Shown piece after piece: positions 47,927 through 58,507 of a stretch of 64,000 bases of DNA. The translations under genes were made by a program, and so were the position numbers. The notes below the pieces were generated by a model. It worked only from the letters and a program-made list of their open reading frames with translations, did no database searches and was not told the origin of the DNA. Within the stretch, counting starts at the first letter, position 1. Every line of letters starts with the position of its first letter. The DNA is from a candidate division TA06 bacterium (GTDB taxonomy: Bacteria; Hydrothermota; DG-26; E44-bin18). The DNA is taken from positions 2 through 64,001 of the forward strand of contig SOJN01000148.1 of assembly GCA_004376575.1 (NCBI GenBank), written 5' to 3'.

Positions 47927-49681
47927 CTAGTCAGGCTCCTCCTGGTAGGGAACTTCTTCTTCGTTGTCTCTTTTCGTTAGTCTCTTCCTCTCTCTCCGCT
48001 TCTTCGGGCGAGACCGGGCTTCACCAACCGCGTCTCTTGCTGGTACACTCTTTGCCTGGTAGAACGCTTTTTCGCTAAGAACAACTCTGCGCGACTCCCT
48101 GTTCACCTCTATGAGCACAAGATCAAGTTCCTCGTCCACGCCATACTTGTCAGCCGGAACACTCATGTCCTCCCTAATCAAATGCGAGAAAGGTACAAAT
48201 CCCCGGACATCATCTTCGAGCTCCACAATCAACCCCTGTTCCAGGAGCTCTGCCACCTTCCCCTTCATTTCCAACCCAATCTCATTGCTGCCGCTGAAAT
48301 TCTCCAGCGGGTCTTCTTGAGTCTGTTTCATCCCCAGAGATATTCTTCTGTTTTCTCTGTCGATGCTCAGGACAACCACCTCCACCTTTTCACCTCTTTT
48401 GACCACTTCGCTAGGGTGGTTGATTCTCCTGGTCCAGGACATGTCTGATATGTGAACAAGCCCATCAATGCCATCTTCTATTTCTACGAAGGCCCCAAAA
48501 TTTGTGAGGGTCCTCACTTTTCCGGAAATTGTACTCCCCACAGGGAACCTCTCCTCAAGGGTCTCCCATGGGTCGGCCATGGTCTGTTTCAGCCCCAGAG
48601 ATATCCTTTCATTCTCCTTGTCGATACTGAGCACCACAGCATCAATGATGTCTCCAATGGCAACGACTTGACTGGGATGGTGTATCCGTCTGGTCCACGC
48701 CATTTCAGATATGTGGACCAGCCCCTCGACACCTTTTTCGAGTTCCACAAATGCTCCATAGTCGGTTATTGAGACTACCTTTCCTCTCACCTTTGACTCA
48801 ACCGGGTGCTTCTCTTCTATCTTCTCCCAGGGGTATTCGGTCAGCTGCTTCAGGCCCAGAGAAACCCGCATCTTCTGGTGGTCGATTCCAATTACCTTTG
48901 TATTTATCTTGTCTCCAATGGCGACAAGCTCAGAAGGGTGGATTACCCGGCCCCAGGACATGTCGGTTATGTGCAACAGGCCGTCGACGCCGCCCAAATC
49001 GATGAAGGCGCCAAAGTCAGTGATGTTCTTCACAATGCCTTCCCTCACCTGACCAACTTCAAGCTCCTTGAGCAGTCTGGTTCTTGCTTCTTCCCTCTCA
49101 ATCTCGAGTACGGCTCGCCTTGAAACGACGATGTTTCTCCTCTTCCAATTCAGCTTGATAATCCTGAACTCATGCGTGGTGCCGACAAGCTTGTCCATGT
49201 CCTTGACCGGATGGAGGTCTATTTGAGAACCTGGAAGGAAAGCATCCACAGCCAGAACTTCGACTATCATGCCTCCTCGCACGCGTCGGGTTATCACACC
49301 CTCAAGGGGCATTTTATCATCGTATGCCGATTTGATCGTGTCCCATACACGCAGGAAGTCGGCCTTCTGTTTGGACAGAACGGCAAAGCCTTCATCGTCC
49401 TCAGTCTCTTCCAGAAAAACGTCAATCTCATCGCCGACTTTCAGGGCCTCCGGGTCCTTGAACTCTGACAGAGGGATTATCCCTTCTGACTTGAGACCCA
49501 CATCTATGATCGCCTCTTTTCCCCCGATTTTGACGACAGAGCCCTTGATCACCTTGCCCTCTTCCACATTACCAATGGACTCCATGTAGAGCTCCATCAT
49601 CTCTTCCTGAGATAGTTCCTCCTCCTTGATTTCTATCTCAGGGCTCTCTTCCGAATCGACTTTCTTTTCTTTCTCAGACAT
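47927..49681 (-). CDS. rpsA: 30S ribosomal protein S1
   Basis: Six tandem S1 domains (repeated ...G.V..IT.FGAFV...GL.HIS...). Confidence 0.9.
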   Translation of the reverse strand: MSEKEKKVDSEESPEIEIKEEELSQEEMMELYMESIGNVEEGKVIKGSVVKIGGKEAIIDVGLKSEGIIPLSEFKDPEALKVGDEIDVFLEETEDDEGFAVLSKQKADFLRVWDTIKSAYDDKMPLEGVITRRVRGGMIVEVLAVDAFLPGSQIDLHPVKDMDKLVGTTHEFRIIKLNWKRRNIVVSRRAVLEIEREEARTRLLKELEVGQVREGIVKNITDFGAFIDLGGVDGLLHITDMSWGRVIHPSELVAIGDKINTKVIGIDHQKMRVSLGLKQLTEYPWEKIEEKHPVESKVRGKVVSITDYGAFVELEKGVEGLVHISEMAWTRRIHHPSQVVAIGDIIDAVVLSIDKENERISLGLKQTMADPWETLEERFPVGSTISGKVRTLTNFGAFVEIEDGIDGLVHISDMSWTRRINHPSEVVKRGEKVEVVVLSIDRENRRISLGMKQTQEDPLENFSGSNEIGLEMKGKVAELLEQGLIVELEDDVRGFVPFSHLIREDMSVPADKYGVDEELDLVLIEVNRESRRVVLSEKAFYQAKSVPARDAVGEARSRPKKRRERKRLTKRDNEEEVPYQEEPD

Positions 49682-49700
49682 TGATTTGACTCCCCCTTTG

Positions 49701-50606
49701 TCAATGAAATGCGCGCCCCCTCAACACTGTGTGTTCTGCGCCTGCGCCAATTAGGTCTATCACGTCTTCGATTATCCAGTCTGGAGTAGACGCACCTGCC
49801 GTGATCCCCAACTTGTGACTATTGCGGAACCATGCTGGGTCAAGTTCTTTAGCAGTCTCAATGTGGTAGGTCCGTTTCCCAACGCTTCTACAGAGCTCGG
49901 CAAGACGGGAAGTGTTCGCACTGTTCTTGCCGCCAAGCACGATCATCAGATCGACCTCCTCTGCAAGGTTGAGCGTTGACTCTTGGCGGAGTGTGGTTGC
50001 ACTACAAATAGTATTGTATATCTTCAGTTCAGTCGCAATCTCAAGAAGTGTTGAAATCACAGACTGGAACTTATCCAGCAAAAGAGTCGTCTGGGCAATC
50101 ACACCTATTTTCCTGCTCGCGATTCGAAGTCGGGGATCGTTATCTCTGTAGTCTAGAACTACGGCTCTATCACCCGCGTGACCCAGGATGCCTTTCACCT
50201 CAGGGTGGTCAGCTTCTCCTACCACCACTACCTGGTAACCCTGAGACCCCAGGGAGAAAGCCAGCTCCTGGGCCTTCCTCACAAAGGGACAGGTCGCATC
50301 GACCACAGTGATTCCTCTCGACTTAGCCTCCGACATTATCTTAGGAGGAACCCCATGGGAGCGGATAATAACAGTCCCTTTACGTATGTCAGAAAGAGAC
50401 TGAATGGGTTTCACCCCTTTCTTCTCCAGCTCCTGTACAGCCTGAGGGTTGTGTATTAGCGAACCATACGTGTAGACAGGTACATGGCCCCTCTTTGCTG
50501 TCTGAAACGCTATTTTTATTGCCCTTTTGACTCCAAAACAGAAACCTGAGTATTCCGCCAAGAAAACCTTCATGCTCCTCTCCAAGGTGGATCTACCTCT
50601 CCGCAA
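49701..50606 (-). CDS. ispH: 4-hydroxy-3-methylbut-2-enyl diphosphate reductase
   Basis: MKVFLAEYSGFCFGVKRAI N-terminus and conserved Cys residues. Confidence 0.9.
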   Translation of the reverse strand: MRRGRSTLERSMKVFLAEYSGFCFGVKRAIKIAFQTAKRGHVPVYTYGSLIHNPQAVQELEKKGVKPIQSLSDIRKGTVIIRSHGVPPKIMSEAKSRGITVVDATCPFVRKAQELAFSLGSQGYQVVVVGEADHPEVKGILGHAGDRAVVLDYRDNDPRLRIASRKIGVIAQTTLLLDKFQSVISTLLEIATELKIYNTICSATTLRQESTLNLAEEVDLMIVLGGKNSANTSRLAELCRSVGKRTYHIETAKELDPAWFRNSHKLGITAGASTPDWIIEDVIDLIGAGAEHTVLRGRAFH

Positions 50607-51225
50607 GCATCACAATACTCCTCATCACCTCCTCACTTATCTTACGATATAGGTCCTTCCTGTTTGCTTTCCCACTTATGGTCACGGGATCTATGGGCTG
50701 CGCAAATCTAACCACAAACCGCGATCTTCTCAAAATAAGGTCCAGCAATCTCGCATTGGTCCCCTTCAAGTACACAGGAAGAACACTGACGCCGGTCTTG
50801 GCAGCGACGTACCCAAGGCCAACCTGCGGCTCTTGCATCACTCCCGTTTTGCTCCTTGTCCCCTCTGGAAATATGACCACTGCATTCCCATTCTTGAGCA
50901 GGCCAACTATACGTCTTAGCGCTTCAACGGAAGTCTTGCCTTCTTTTAATGGTATCGCATTGAAATGCGAAATAAGCCACGCGAAAAACTTCGTGCCTCT
51001 GAAGAGTCCTGCTTTGGCAAGGAAATGCAGCTCCCGGACGCCAACTCCAATTCCAACTAAAGGAGCGTCCATATTGGACAAGTGGTTGGGGGCTAGTATT
51101 AGACCTCCGGTTCTGGGCACAAACTGCCTACCTTCGATCTTCAGCCCAAACACCACTCTGGCTACTAGATAGAGAAGCCAGTAGCCTATTCTCCACTCCG
51201 GTCGCATGCCCGGACTAAGAGGCAC
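50593..51225 (-). CDS. plsC: 1-acyl-sn-glycerol-3-phosphate acyltransferase
   Basis: NHLSNMDAPL (HX4D) and FPEGTRS motifs. Confidence 0.8.
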   Translation of the reverse strand: MPLSPGMRPEWRIGYWLLYLVARVVFGLKIEGRQFVPRTGGLILAPNHLSNMDAPLVGIGVGVRELHFLAKAGLFRGTKFFAWLISHFNAIPLKEGKTSVEALRRIVGLLKNGNAVVIFPEGTRSKTGVMQEPQVGLGYVAAKTGVSVLPVYLKGTNARLLDLILRRSRFVVRFAQPIDPVTISGKANRKDLYRKISEEVMRSIVMLAER

Positions 51226-51907
51226 AGGCAGTTGCCTTGCGTACCGCCTCTACTACCTGGTTCACCTCCTCTTCTATAGTAAGGTCAGTTGTGTCCATGA
51301 GGATGGCGTCTTCTGCTTTTCTCAAAGGTGAAACTTCGCGCGCAGAGTCTTCTCTGTCTCTTCTTCTTATCTCCTCTTCTATCTGAGAAGTAGGCATATC
51401 CTTCACTATATTGCCAAGCTGTTTTTTTCTTCTCCCGGCTCTCTCCTTCGGAGAGGCAGTTAGAAAGAATTTAACCCTGGCATCGGGAACTACAACCGTC
51501 CCTATGTCACGCCCCTCGCAGACCACTCCTCCCTCTTTGCACATACCCCTCTGAAGGCCAACCAGATGCTCCCTCAGTTCTTTGTGACTCGAAACGAGAG
51601 AGACCCACCTGTCAACCTCTGGCAACCTGATCTGTTCGGTCACATCTTCACCGTTTACCAGAATCATCATCCGCTCACCAGTATCTCTGAACTCAAATTT
51701 CAAGGATCGAGCAAGTCCAGTCAATCTTTTGCTCTCATTCATGTCCAGACTCTTTCTGAGAGCAAGCAGTGTTACTGCCCTATACATGGCTCCTGTCTCG
51801 AGATAGCCGAATCCCAGCCTTCTTGCCGCCAATCTCGCAACCGTAGATTTGCCCGAGCCAGAGGGCCCGTCAATCGCGACCACAATGCCACGCCTTTTCT
51901 TCATCAC
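51215..51907 (-). CDS. cmk: Cytidylate kinase
   Basis: VVAIDGPSGSGKST P-loop and ...YLETGAMYRA.... Confidence 0.9.
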   Translation of the reverse strand: MMKKRRGIVVAIDGPSGSGKSTVARLAARRLGFGYLETGAMYRAVTLLALRKSLDMNESKRLTGLARSLKFEFRDTGERMMILVNGEDVTEQIRLPEVDRWVSLVSSHKELREHLVGLQRGMCKEGGVVCEGRDIGTVVVPDARVKFFLTASPKERAGRRKKQLGNIVKDMPTSQIEEEIRRRDREDSAREVSPLRKAEDAILMDTTDLTIEEEVNQVVEAVRKATACAS

Positions 51908-52173
51908 CAGAATAACATGTTATTGTCTCATACAGTTATGAATATTGCAACAGTGAATTTGGCACCTTTCACACAAAGAAAAACGGAGGAGATTTCCCCG
52001 AGCGGCCTTGTCTATTTCATTCCACAAAGCTAATATGTAACTTGAAATGACACCCGTATCTCATTTGCTTTAAGGGTCTTAACACCCAAACCAGACTGCA
52101 AGTGTACTATAACAGAATTCTTGAACGTCCTTGCGCGCCAAAACCTTAGAAAAACGAGGGCTCAGGACAGTGA

Positions 52174-52941
52174 CTACTCTATTCTTATTGCCTTGCGGAT
52201 CTGGCTGATTTCGGCCTTGCTCAATCTGCGCCATTTTCCTCTAGATAGCCCGCCCAGGACAATGGGTCCAAATTTAACCCTCTGAAGGCGTATCACATGG
52301 GGTCCCAGTTTTCTGAAAATCCTCCTTACTTCTCTTTTCCTCCCTTCTTTTATGGTCAACTCCAGAACCTCACCTTCCTTCTGGAGCCACCTCACCTTGG
52401 AGACTCTGGCGACTCCATCAACCAGCACTACACCCTGTTTAAGACTACTTAGCTGTTTGCCACTGAGTGGCTTATCGAGCGTCACTCTGTACACCTTTTC
52501 CACTCCGAAACTGGGATGCATCAATCTGTGGGCTGCAAATCCGTCGTTGCTGAATAGAAGAAGACCTTCGGTGTCTTTGTCCAATCGTCCCACGGGGAAG
52601 ACCCTTCCTCCCACGCCCTTGACCAGGTCTTTCACACACTTCCTGCCACGCTCGTCTTTCATTGTGGTAAGGTAGCCCCTTGGCTTGTTCAGCGCGATGA
52701 AAATCACCTCCGTCGAGGCCACCACTCTGCGCCCGTTGACTGTAACCCTATCCACGTTCGGATCTATCTTCGTTCCCAACTCCGTGACCGGGCGCCCATT
52801 CACCTTGACCTTTTCGGTCAGAATGATTCGATCCGCGGCTCGCCTGGAGCAGACGCCGCTTGCAGCAAGGTATCTGTTCAACCGAACTCTGGTTTCACTC
52901 ATGTGGATTTGGACTCGATTACCCAGATTTGTCTGCCGCAT
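52174..52941 (-). CDS. rluB: 23S rRNA pseudouridine synthase (RsuA/RluB family, S4 domain)
   Basis: S4 RNA-binding N-terminus (RLNRYLAASGVCSRR) and VGRLDKDTEGLLLFSNDG catalytic motif. Start may be the internal ATG at 52902. Confidence 0.8.
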   Translation of the reverse strand: MRQTNLGNRVQIHMSETRVRLNRYLAASGVCSRRAADRIILTEKVKVNGRPVTELGTKIDPNVDRVTVNGRRVVASTEVIFIALNKPRGYLTTMKDERGRKCVKDLVKGVGGRVFPVGRLDKDTEGLLLFSNDGFAAHRLMHPSFGVEKVYRVTLDKPLSGKQLSSLKQGVVLVDGVARVSKVRWLQKEGEVLELTIKEGRKREVRRIFRKLGPHVIRLQRVKFGPIVLGGLSRGKWRRLSKAEISQIRKAIRIE

Positions 52942-53581
52942 CCCTTACCACACATATGGGTGTGAGTTCATTCCCCTGCCCCATAGGGTTGTCCTTCATT
53001 ATTTCTTCAAGAACGGATGCGTTCACCCCGGAGGTCTTACCAATCACCCACGATCCCCCAATATCGTTAATGTCCATGATAGCAGCATCCACCCCTGTTC
53101 TTCTCCTTATAACCTCCGCCACCATATTGGGATTCCTTGGGCCCATTATTACGCAGGATGTGTACGGCTCAACAGGAGATGTGTGAGCCGCGTCGATCAG
53201 GGCTGCCTGTGGTCCGGCTACTCTGTAAAAGTACCCCTTCTTTCCAAAGGGCTTGGTCAGGGCTGAGGCTATTGCCGCAACAAGAATTCGGGCTACTCCA
53301 CATTCGTTTATTGCGCACTGCATTGTTGCTGGACTTCTCAACCCTACTCCATAAGGCACCCTGGTTACAAATCTCCAGAGAACTCTTGCCAGCAACCCTA
53401 TCCCTATTCTTTCTTCAGGGATGGCCCTCCCCTGTGAGATGGCAACAACACTTTCGCTTACGACTATCACATCGCCAGTATGCACCATTCCCCTGCAGTA
53501 TTTGGATACAATCTCAGCTATGTCTTCACCATCTTTGATCGTATGTGTCTTTATGAGCTGTCTTTCGAGCTTTTCTCTCAT
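52919..53581 (-). CDS. CofE-like (F420-0:gamma-glutamyl ligase family, PF01996-like) protein of unknown function
   Basis: N-terminal pattern IKDGEDIAEIV...GDVIVVSESVVAISQGRA resembles the CofE family. Assigned by motif only. Confidence 0.35.
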   Translation of the reverse strand: MREKLERQLIKTHTIKDGEDIAEIVSKYCRGMVHTGDVIVVSESVVAISQGRAIPEERIGIGLLARVLWRFVTRVPYGVGLRSPATMQCAINECGVARILVAAIASALTKPFGKKGYFYRVAGPQAALIDAAHTSPVEPYTSCVIMGPRNPNMVAEVIRRRTGVDAAIMDINDIGGSWVIGKTSGVNASVLEEIMKDNPMGQGNELTPICVVRDAADKSG

Positions 53582-54102
53582 CCCATACCTTTGAGTTCAC
53601 CAACCCGTGGCAGTTCATTCAAATTCTTCAGGTGGAAGTACCGAAGAAACTGCTTTGTGGTGCCATACAGGAGCGGACCGCCCAACTGTTTCGCTCTGCC
53701 CAACACTTGAATCAGATTCCGTTCAAGCAACGTACTGACGACTCCATCCACATTCACTCCCCTTACAGATTCGATGACGGCTTTCGTCACTGGTTGTCTG
53801 AAGGCTATTACCGCAAGAGTTTCCAGGGCCGGCCTCGAAAGCCTCGATGCCCTTCTCCCCTTGTGAAGCCTCGCCACCACCTCAGAGTATTCCTTCCTTG
53901 TATAGAGTTGATAACCTCCAGCAACCTCTTTCAACTCAAAGGCTCTTCCCTGTTCATCATACTCCCTGGCCAATTCTGAAAGAGCCTCTCTCACCTGTTT
54001 TGTGGATGCTCTTGAGTGAGCTCTGAGCTTTTCAATCGAAAGCGGTTCATCTGCAGAGAAGAGCAAGGCCTCTACCCTATTTTTTGATTCCTGCGCATCC
54101 AT
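53578..54102 (-). CDS. scpB: Segregation and condensation protein B
   Basis: RVEALLFSADEPLSIEKL N-terminus. Tandem winged helices. 174 aa. Confidence 0.85.
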   Translation of the reverse strand: MDAQESKNRVEALLFSADEPLSIEKLRAHSRASTKQVREALSELAREYDEQGRAFELKEVAGGYQLYTRKEYSEVVARLHKGRRASRLSRPALETLAVIAFRQPVTKAVIESVRGVNVDGVVSTLLERNLIQVLGRAKQLGGPLLYGTTKQFLRYFHLKNLNELPRVGELKGMG

Positions 54103-54115
54103 CCTTTTCCTCCTC

Positions 54116-55708
54116 TTATGCCCGTCTTACCCGGTCTCGAAGGTCTTTTGCTATCTGCCCTACCTCTCTTATTGCCATCAGCCTTGCGAAAACAAGAAAG
54201 ACAATTCCACCAAGGATCAAGGGTATTATAAGAAGAATAGCCTTTGAGGCAAGTGAAACAAAACCTATTCTTCCTGAGAGCCAGACGTAGCCACCCCAGG
54301 CAGCGCCCCCCATTAGCAAGGAGGCGGTAAGGACTCTCCCCCCGGTGGATCTGATGGCTTTTGCGTCATAAGGCCCCAGGACGCCACGCACTGCAGCGAA
54401 TAAGAGAGCCATATTGAGAATAGAAGCGAGAGAAGTTGAAAATGCCATTGCCCTGAACCTCATGGTCCACATGAGAGCAAGATTCAGCGCGATGTTTGCA
54501 GCAACACAAGCAAAACTTATCTTCATAGGAAGTCCAGGTCTTTTAAGCGAGTAGAAGACCGATGCAAGTACCTTGGATGCTCCAGCACCCATAATAGTGA
54601 GCGAGTAGAACATCAGGGCTTGAGAAGTGAACAATGTGTCAGCCTGAGTGAAATTTCCCCTCTCATAAACAAGTGCACAGATGGGTCTGGCGAGCACTGC
54701 CGTCAGCACAGCAGCAGGTATGGTCAGAGTAAAGACGAGTCTCATGGAGTAGGAGAACGTGGACCTGACCATGTCCATCTCTCTCCTTGAGACTTCCTCG
54801 GATAGTCTGGGTAGAGCGACAGTCGCAACTGCGACACCAAAAAGCCCTATGGGCAACTGCATCAGCCTGAAGGAGTAGCTCAGATAAGAAACCGAGCCCT
54901 CCTCCAGAAGCGTGGCGAGAAAGATGTTTATGAGCACATTTATCCTCGTTGCCGCCATTCCGGCAGCAACCGGAAGAACAAGAAGGATTATACTTCGAAC
55001 GCCCGGGTGGCGAAAGTCAATCCTGAATCTATAATGGAAGCCAACACTTCTGAGTAGAGGGATCTGGATGATAATCTGAAGTAGCCCGCCGGCAATCACA
55101 CCCAAAGCAACAGAGGTTATCGGGTCCCAGCCTATTCCCGGCATGAATCTGTATAGAAGGACCGCGCAAGTTATGACGCCGATATTGAAAAGGGCAGGAG
55201 CTACCGCTGGAACGAAGAACCTCTTGAAATAGTTGAGTACCCCCATCATCAGTGCAGAGACAGCGATGAGAACAAGAAATGGAAAGATGATCCTGGCCAA
55301 CTGCCAGGTGAGAGCAATTTTTCCCGGTTCCCTTGCGAATCCAAAGGCAATTGCTTTCATGATCCACGGAGCAAAAATAACGCACAGCGCGCATACTACA
55401 CTGACAAAGAGGATGAGAGAGTTAAGGACGGTATTGGCAAACCTGAGCGCTTCCTCTTTGCCTTTTTCCACATACTCACTAGAAAAAATTGGAATGAACG
55501 CCGCGTTAAGCGTTCCTTCAGCAAAGAAGTCTCTCAGCAGATTTGGGACATTGAAAGCGACTCGGAAGGCATCCATCGCATACCCGGCCCCGAACAGGTA
55601 CGCAAGAACTACTTCTCTGGCCAGACCAAGAAGGCGGCTTATGCCGGTTGCCGCACTAAAGGCCGCGGCCCGACCCGTAATCTGACCCCTCTCCCCTTGC
55701 TCCCCCAT
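54116..55708 (-). CDS. murJ: Lipid II flippase MurJ (MviN)
   Basis: 530 aa, ~14 TM. N-terminus ...AAFSAATGISRLLGLAREVVLAYLFGAG..DAF.VAF.VPNLLR. Confidence 0.85.
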   Translation of the reverse strand: MGEQGERGQITGRAAAFSAATGISRLLGLAREVVLAYLFGAGYAMDAFRVAFNVPNLLRDFFAEGTLNAAFIPIFSSEYVEKGKEEALRFANTVLNSLILFVSVVCALCVIFAPWIMKAIAFGFAREPGKIALTWQLARIIFPFLVLIAVSALMMGVLNYFKRFFVPAVAPALFNIGVITCAVLLYRFMPGIGWDPITSVALGVIAGGLLQIIIQIPLLRSVGFHYRFRIDFRHPGVRSIILLVLPVAAGMAATRINVLINIFLATLLEEGSVSYLSYSFRLMQLPIGLFGVAVATVALPRLSEEVSRREMDMVRSTFSYSMRLVFTLTIPAAVLTAVLARPICALVYERGNFTQADTLFTSQALMFYSLTIMGAGASKVLASVFYSLKRPGLPMKISFACVAANIALNLALMWTMRFRAMAFSTSLASILNMALLFAAVRGVLGPYDAKAIRSTGGRVLTASLLMGGAAWGGYVWLSGRIGFVSLASKAILLIIPLILGGIVFLVFARLMAIREVGQIAKDLRDRVRRA

Positions 55709-55820
55709 CAGCTATTTCTATACCACAAAACGGCCAGCACATCAACAGGGATTAAAAAACTATTGACACTAGGGCCTGGTGAGGGTATAGTCGGCACTCT
55801 GCAAATCAACGGAGGATGCC

Positions 55821-56096
55821 TTGGATAGACACAAATCTGCTGAGAAGAGAACTCGTCAAAATGAACGGCGAAGGATGAGGAACAAGGGGATGAAGTCCGC
55901 CATGAGGACTGCCATAAAGAAAGCCTCTGCCGAACCAAAGACCGAAAACCTGAATACCACGTATTCCATGATTGACAAGGCGGTCAAGAAACATCTGATT
56001 CATAAGAAGACCGCAGCCAGGATGAAGTCTAAACTGGCCCGCACCGTGAGCCCCAAACCAAAACCCCAACAAAGAGAAACAAGCGACAAGTCGTAA
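55821..56096 (+). CDS. rpsT: 30S ribosomal protein S20
   Basis: HKSAEKRTRQNERRRMRNKGMKSAMRTAIKK matches the S20 N-terminus. TTG start with GGAGGA RBS 6 nt upstream. Confidence 0.85.
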   Translation: MDRHKSAEKRTRQNERRRMRNKGMKSAMRTAIKKASAEPKTENLNTTYSMIDKAVKKHLIHKKTAARMKSKLARTVSPKPKPQQRETSDKS

Positions 56097-56139
56097 GCTG
56101 AAGGACGGCTGTACGCTTAAGACACAAGCATGCTGTCAG

Positions 56140-56314
56140 CTTCGGGGACGGTTTCCTCCTAAAACCCGAAGGATCTTCGACTTGACATTTGACATTTCGT
56201 CTCTTATGCTAATTTCGTCACATCTGTATCTGACTGCCGTACATTCACTTACGAGCTAACCTCGGGGACGGTGCCCTCCCAAAACCCGAAGGATCTACGA
56301 CTTGACATTTGACA
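56140..56314. repeat. Two 55-bp direct repeats (56140-56194, 56260-56314; period 120 bp), each with an 8-bp stem-loop (CTTCGGGG-N18-CCCGAAG) followed by TTGACATTTGACA
   Basis: Copies are 49/55 identical. Located in the convergent spacer between rpsT(+) and the DUF2723 gene(-). Confidence 0.6.
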
Positions 56315-56353
56315 AAACCCGTGTAGAACCGGCAGCATTTGGTCTCCCCACAC

Positions 56354-58276
56354 CTATTTTTCCTGCAGTTCACTGCGGGCTGCGGCAAGTCCCTTCATGG
56401 CAAGTTGATTGTTTGGCTCGACCCTTAGGACCTTTTCGAATTTCTCTATTGCTTCCTCATATTGACCGAGCATGAACTGGGACCCGCCCAGATGAAGTGT
56501 CGCAGGAAGATTGTCTTCTTCTACTGACAACACACTCTCGAATGCCCGTTTCGCATTAACATACAAACCTTCATTCATCATTCCAATTCCTGACGAGAGC
56601 ATCATCCTCGGATAGATCTCAAGATTATGCCTGGTTCTTTCGTCCCTATAGGTTCTGGCACTGAAACTTGATTTTAGGTTGAGGCTGCCATAGTCGAATA
56701 TTCTCTGTTTCCTTTCTTCTCTGAACTCAAAAATAGTGCCGTAGGGAATCTTTTCCAGGTCCCGTCCGATCTCACGCGCATCAACATCATGGCCATTGAT
56801 AAAAGTCGTGTACGCCCTGCCTGTTTTCATCTGATTATTTATGAATGAGTTGACCATTCTAATGAATCTCCTCTGAATCTCTACAGGGCTTCTTAGTGTT
56901 CCATGCTCGAACTTGTAGAGCTCTTCAAGATACGATTCTATTTCGGGCTTTGATAGATTGAAAGTCCTTGGAGACTGTCTTTCTAGATAGTCGAAATACC
57001 ACGAGCGCCGAAGAAGTTCTTTGTCGATCATAACAACATCTCTTCTTTTGCCCTCGATGTGTTGTATGTAAAGTATGGGAGAGTAAATGTCCCAGTTGTT
57101 GGTGAGGCACAATCCGTTATTTTCGATTGACTTGAGATGGTTTTCGCCATACTCGTATGCGATGCGATTCCTGCTCATATCGCATTTGTAGTAATGCGCG
57201 CCAATTGGAATCAAGAAGACAAAAGCGCCAAGCAACAGGATTGCTTTCCGCGTAGTTTTTCTGAACAGAAACCGTAAGCCAAAACCAGAAACCACGGCCA
57301 TTATCATAAATGCTGGAATGTAATACGCGTCTATGTCCGGTATGTCATAGTTCAGTGAGTACAATAGGTCGAGGAAAAAGATTGCGAGAATGAGATAGAC
57401 CTTTTTAGACTTCTTTGCTGCGAAGATCCCCAGAAGCGGCAGCCACAGGAGAAATGGTGTGAACTGGTCAAGTGCCAGACGGCCGAACTGGATAAGGTGA
57501 ACCTTCAGGACCTGAAGTTCCGAACTGAACATCCACACCCTGTACTGCTTCCCACTGACATGCCATATGAATCTCTCAAGCGTGGATGCATTCCCCCAAT
57601 TCATCACTGGATTCTCATGAGCCCTGATGGGGAGATACGCATATATGGAGAGACCAAGAAAGAAAAGGACAATCATCAAAGGGAGTTTCTTGAGCGTTTC
57701 CTTGCGAACACCCAGTATGTAGATTCCACAGGGGATTCCAACAAGCAAAGCACCCATATGATTGGATAGAGCCAGTCCCAAAGTGTATGCAAAAAGGAGA
57801 GGCGCTTTCTGGTCATCTGAGAAAGTGAGGAAAATAAGAACAGAGATGAGGAATGTGGTCAGTGAATATACTTCAGTGACCACTGCCTGATTCCAGATGG
57901 TTGTACTGAAAGCAAACGAAGAGGCGCAAAAGAAAGCGAGCAGTCTGGACCTGGTTGGATCAGCGCCCTCGGAGGCAAGAATTCTGGAGATAGTGATGAA
58001 CAGAATGAACGTTGAAAGCGCTGCAAAGAACGCAGACATGAAATTTGTTCTCACGACAACAGAGCCAAGAGGAATCAGGGAAAAGAGTCTGCCAAGGAGA
58101 GTATACAGAGGGTAGCCTGTTGGATGAGCTATCCCAAGAGTTCGTGACACAACGCACAATTCTCCAGCATCCACAAAGCCGACAGTACGACACAATGTAA
58201 GACTGTAAATGATTAGCGGAAGAACAAATGCTGCCACACCGAGGATGACTGCGAGCCTCTTGTTGTGCATGTGCAC
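56354..58276 (-). CDS. DUF2723-family polytopic membrane protein with C-terminal TPR repeats (glycosyltransferase-39/PMT-like fold?)
   Basis: 640 aa. N-terminal ~11 TM with FVDAGELCVVSRTLGIAHPTGYPLYTLLG. C-terminal TPR (…EEAIEKFEKVLRVEPNN…). Confidence 0.55.
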   Translation of the reverse strand: MHMHNKRLAVILGVAAFVLPLIIYSLTLCRTVGFVDAGELCVVSRTLGIAHPTGYPLYTLLGRLFSLIPLGSVVVRTNFMSAFFAALSTFILFITISRILASEGADPTRSRLLAFFCASSFAFSTTIWNQAVVTEVYSLTTFLISVLIFLTFSDDQKAPLLFAYTLGLALSNHMGALLVGIPCGIYILGVRKETLKKLPLMIVLFFLGLSIYAYLPIRAHENPVMNWGNASTLERFIWHVSGKQYRVWMFSSELQVLKVHLIQFGRLALDQFTPFLLWLPLLGIFAAKKSKKVYLILAIFFLDLLYSLNYDIPDIDAYYIPAFMIMAVVSGFGLRFLFRKTTRKAILLLGAFVFLIPIGAHYYKCDMSRNRIAYEYGENHLKSIENNGLCLTNNWDIYSPILYIQHIEGKRRDVVMIDKELLRRSWYFDYLERQSPRTFNLSKPEIESYLEELYKFEHGTLRSPVEIQRRFIRMVNSFINNQMKTGRAYTTFINGHDVDAREIGRDLEKIPYGTIFEFREERKQRIFDYGSLNLKSSFSARTYRDERTRHNLEIYPRMMLSSGIGMMNEGLYVNAKRAFESVLSVEEDNLPATLHLGGSQFMLGQYEEAIEKFEKVLRVEPNNQLAMKGLAAARSELQEK

Positions 58277-58507
58277 AGTCTACGCAACCCAACCCATCGA
58301 GTCAATCCCATAACATAGATGAAATGGCGTGAACTATTCTGTTGACCAATTTGCTTTTGTGCAGTAGACTCCTTCTGTAAGAGAACGGTCTTCAAGGACG
58401 GCGCGGATGTTCGGGTGTGTTACACAAAAAGAGAAAAAGCTCAGGTCACGGAAGTGTCCCGCGGGCAACCAATGTCTGCCCGCGACCTCACGATCTCTGG
58501 AGGAGCA

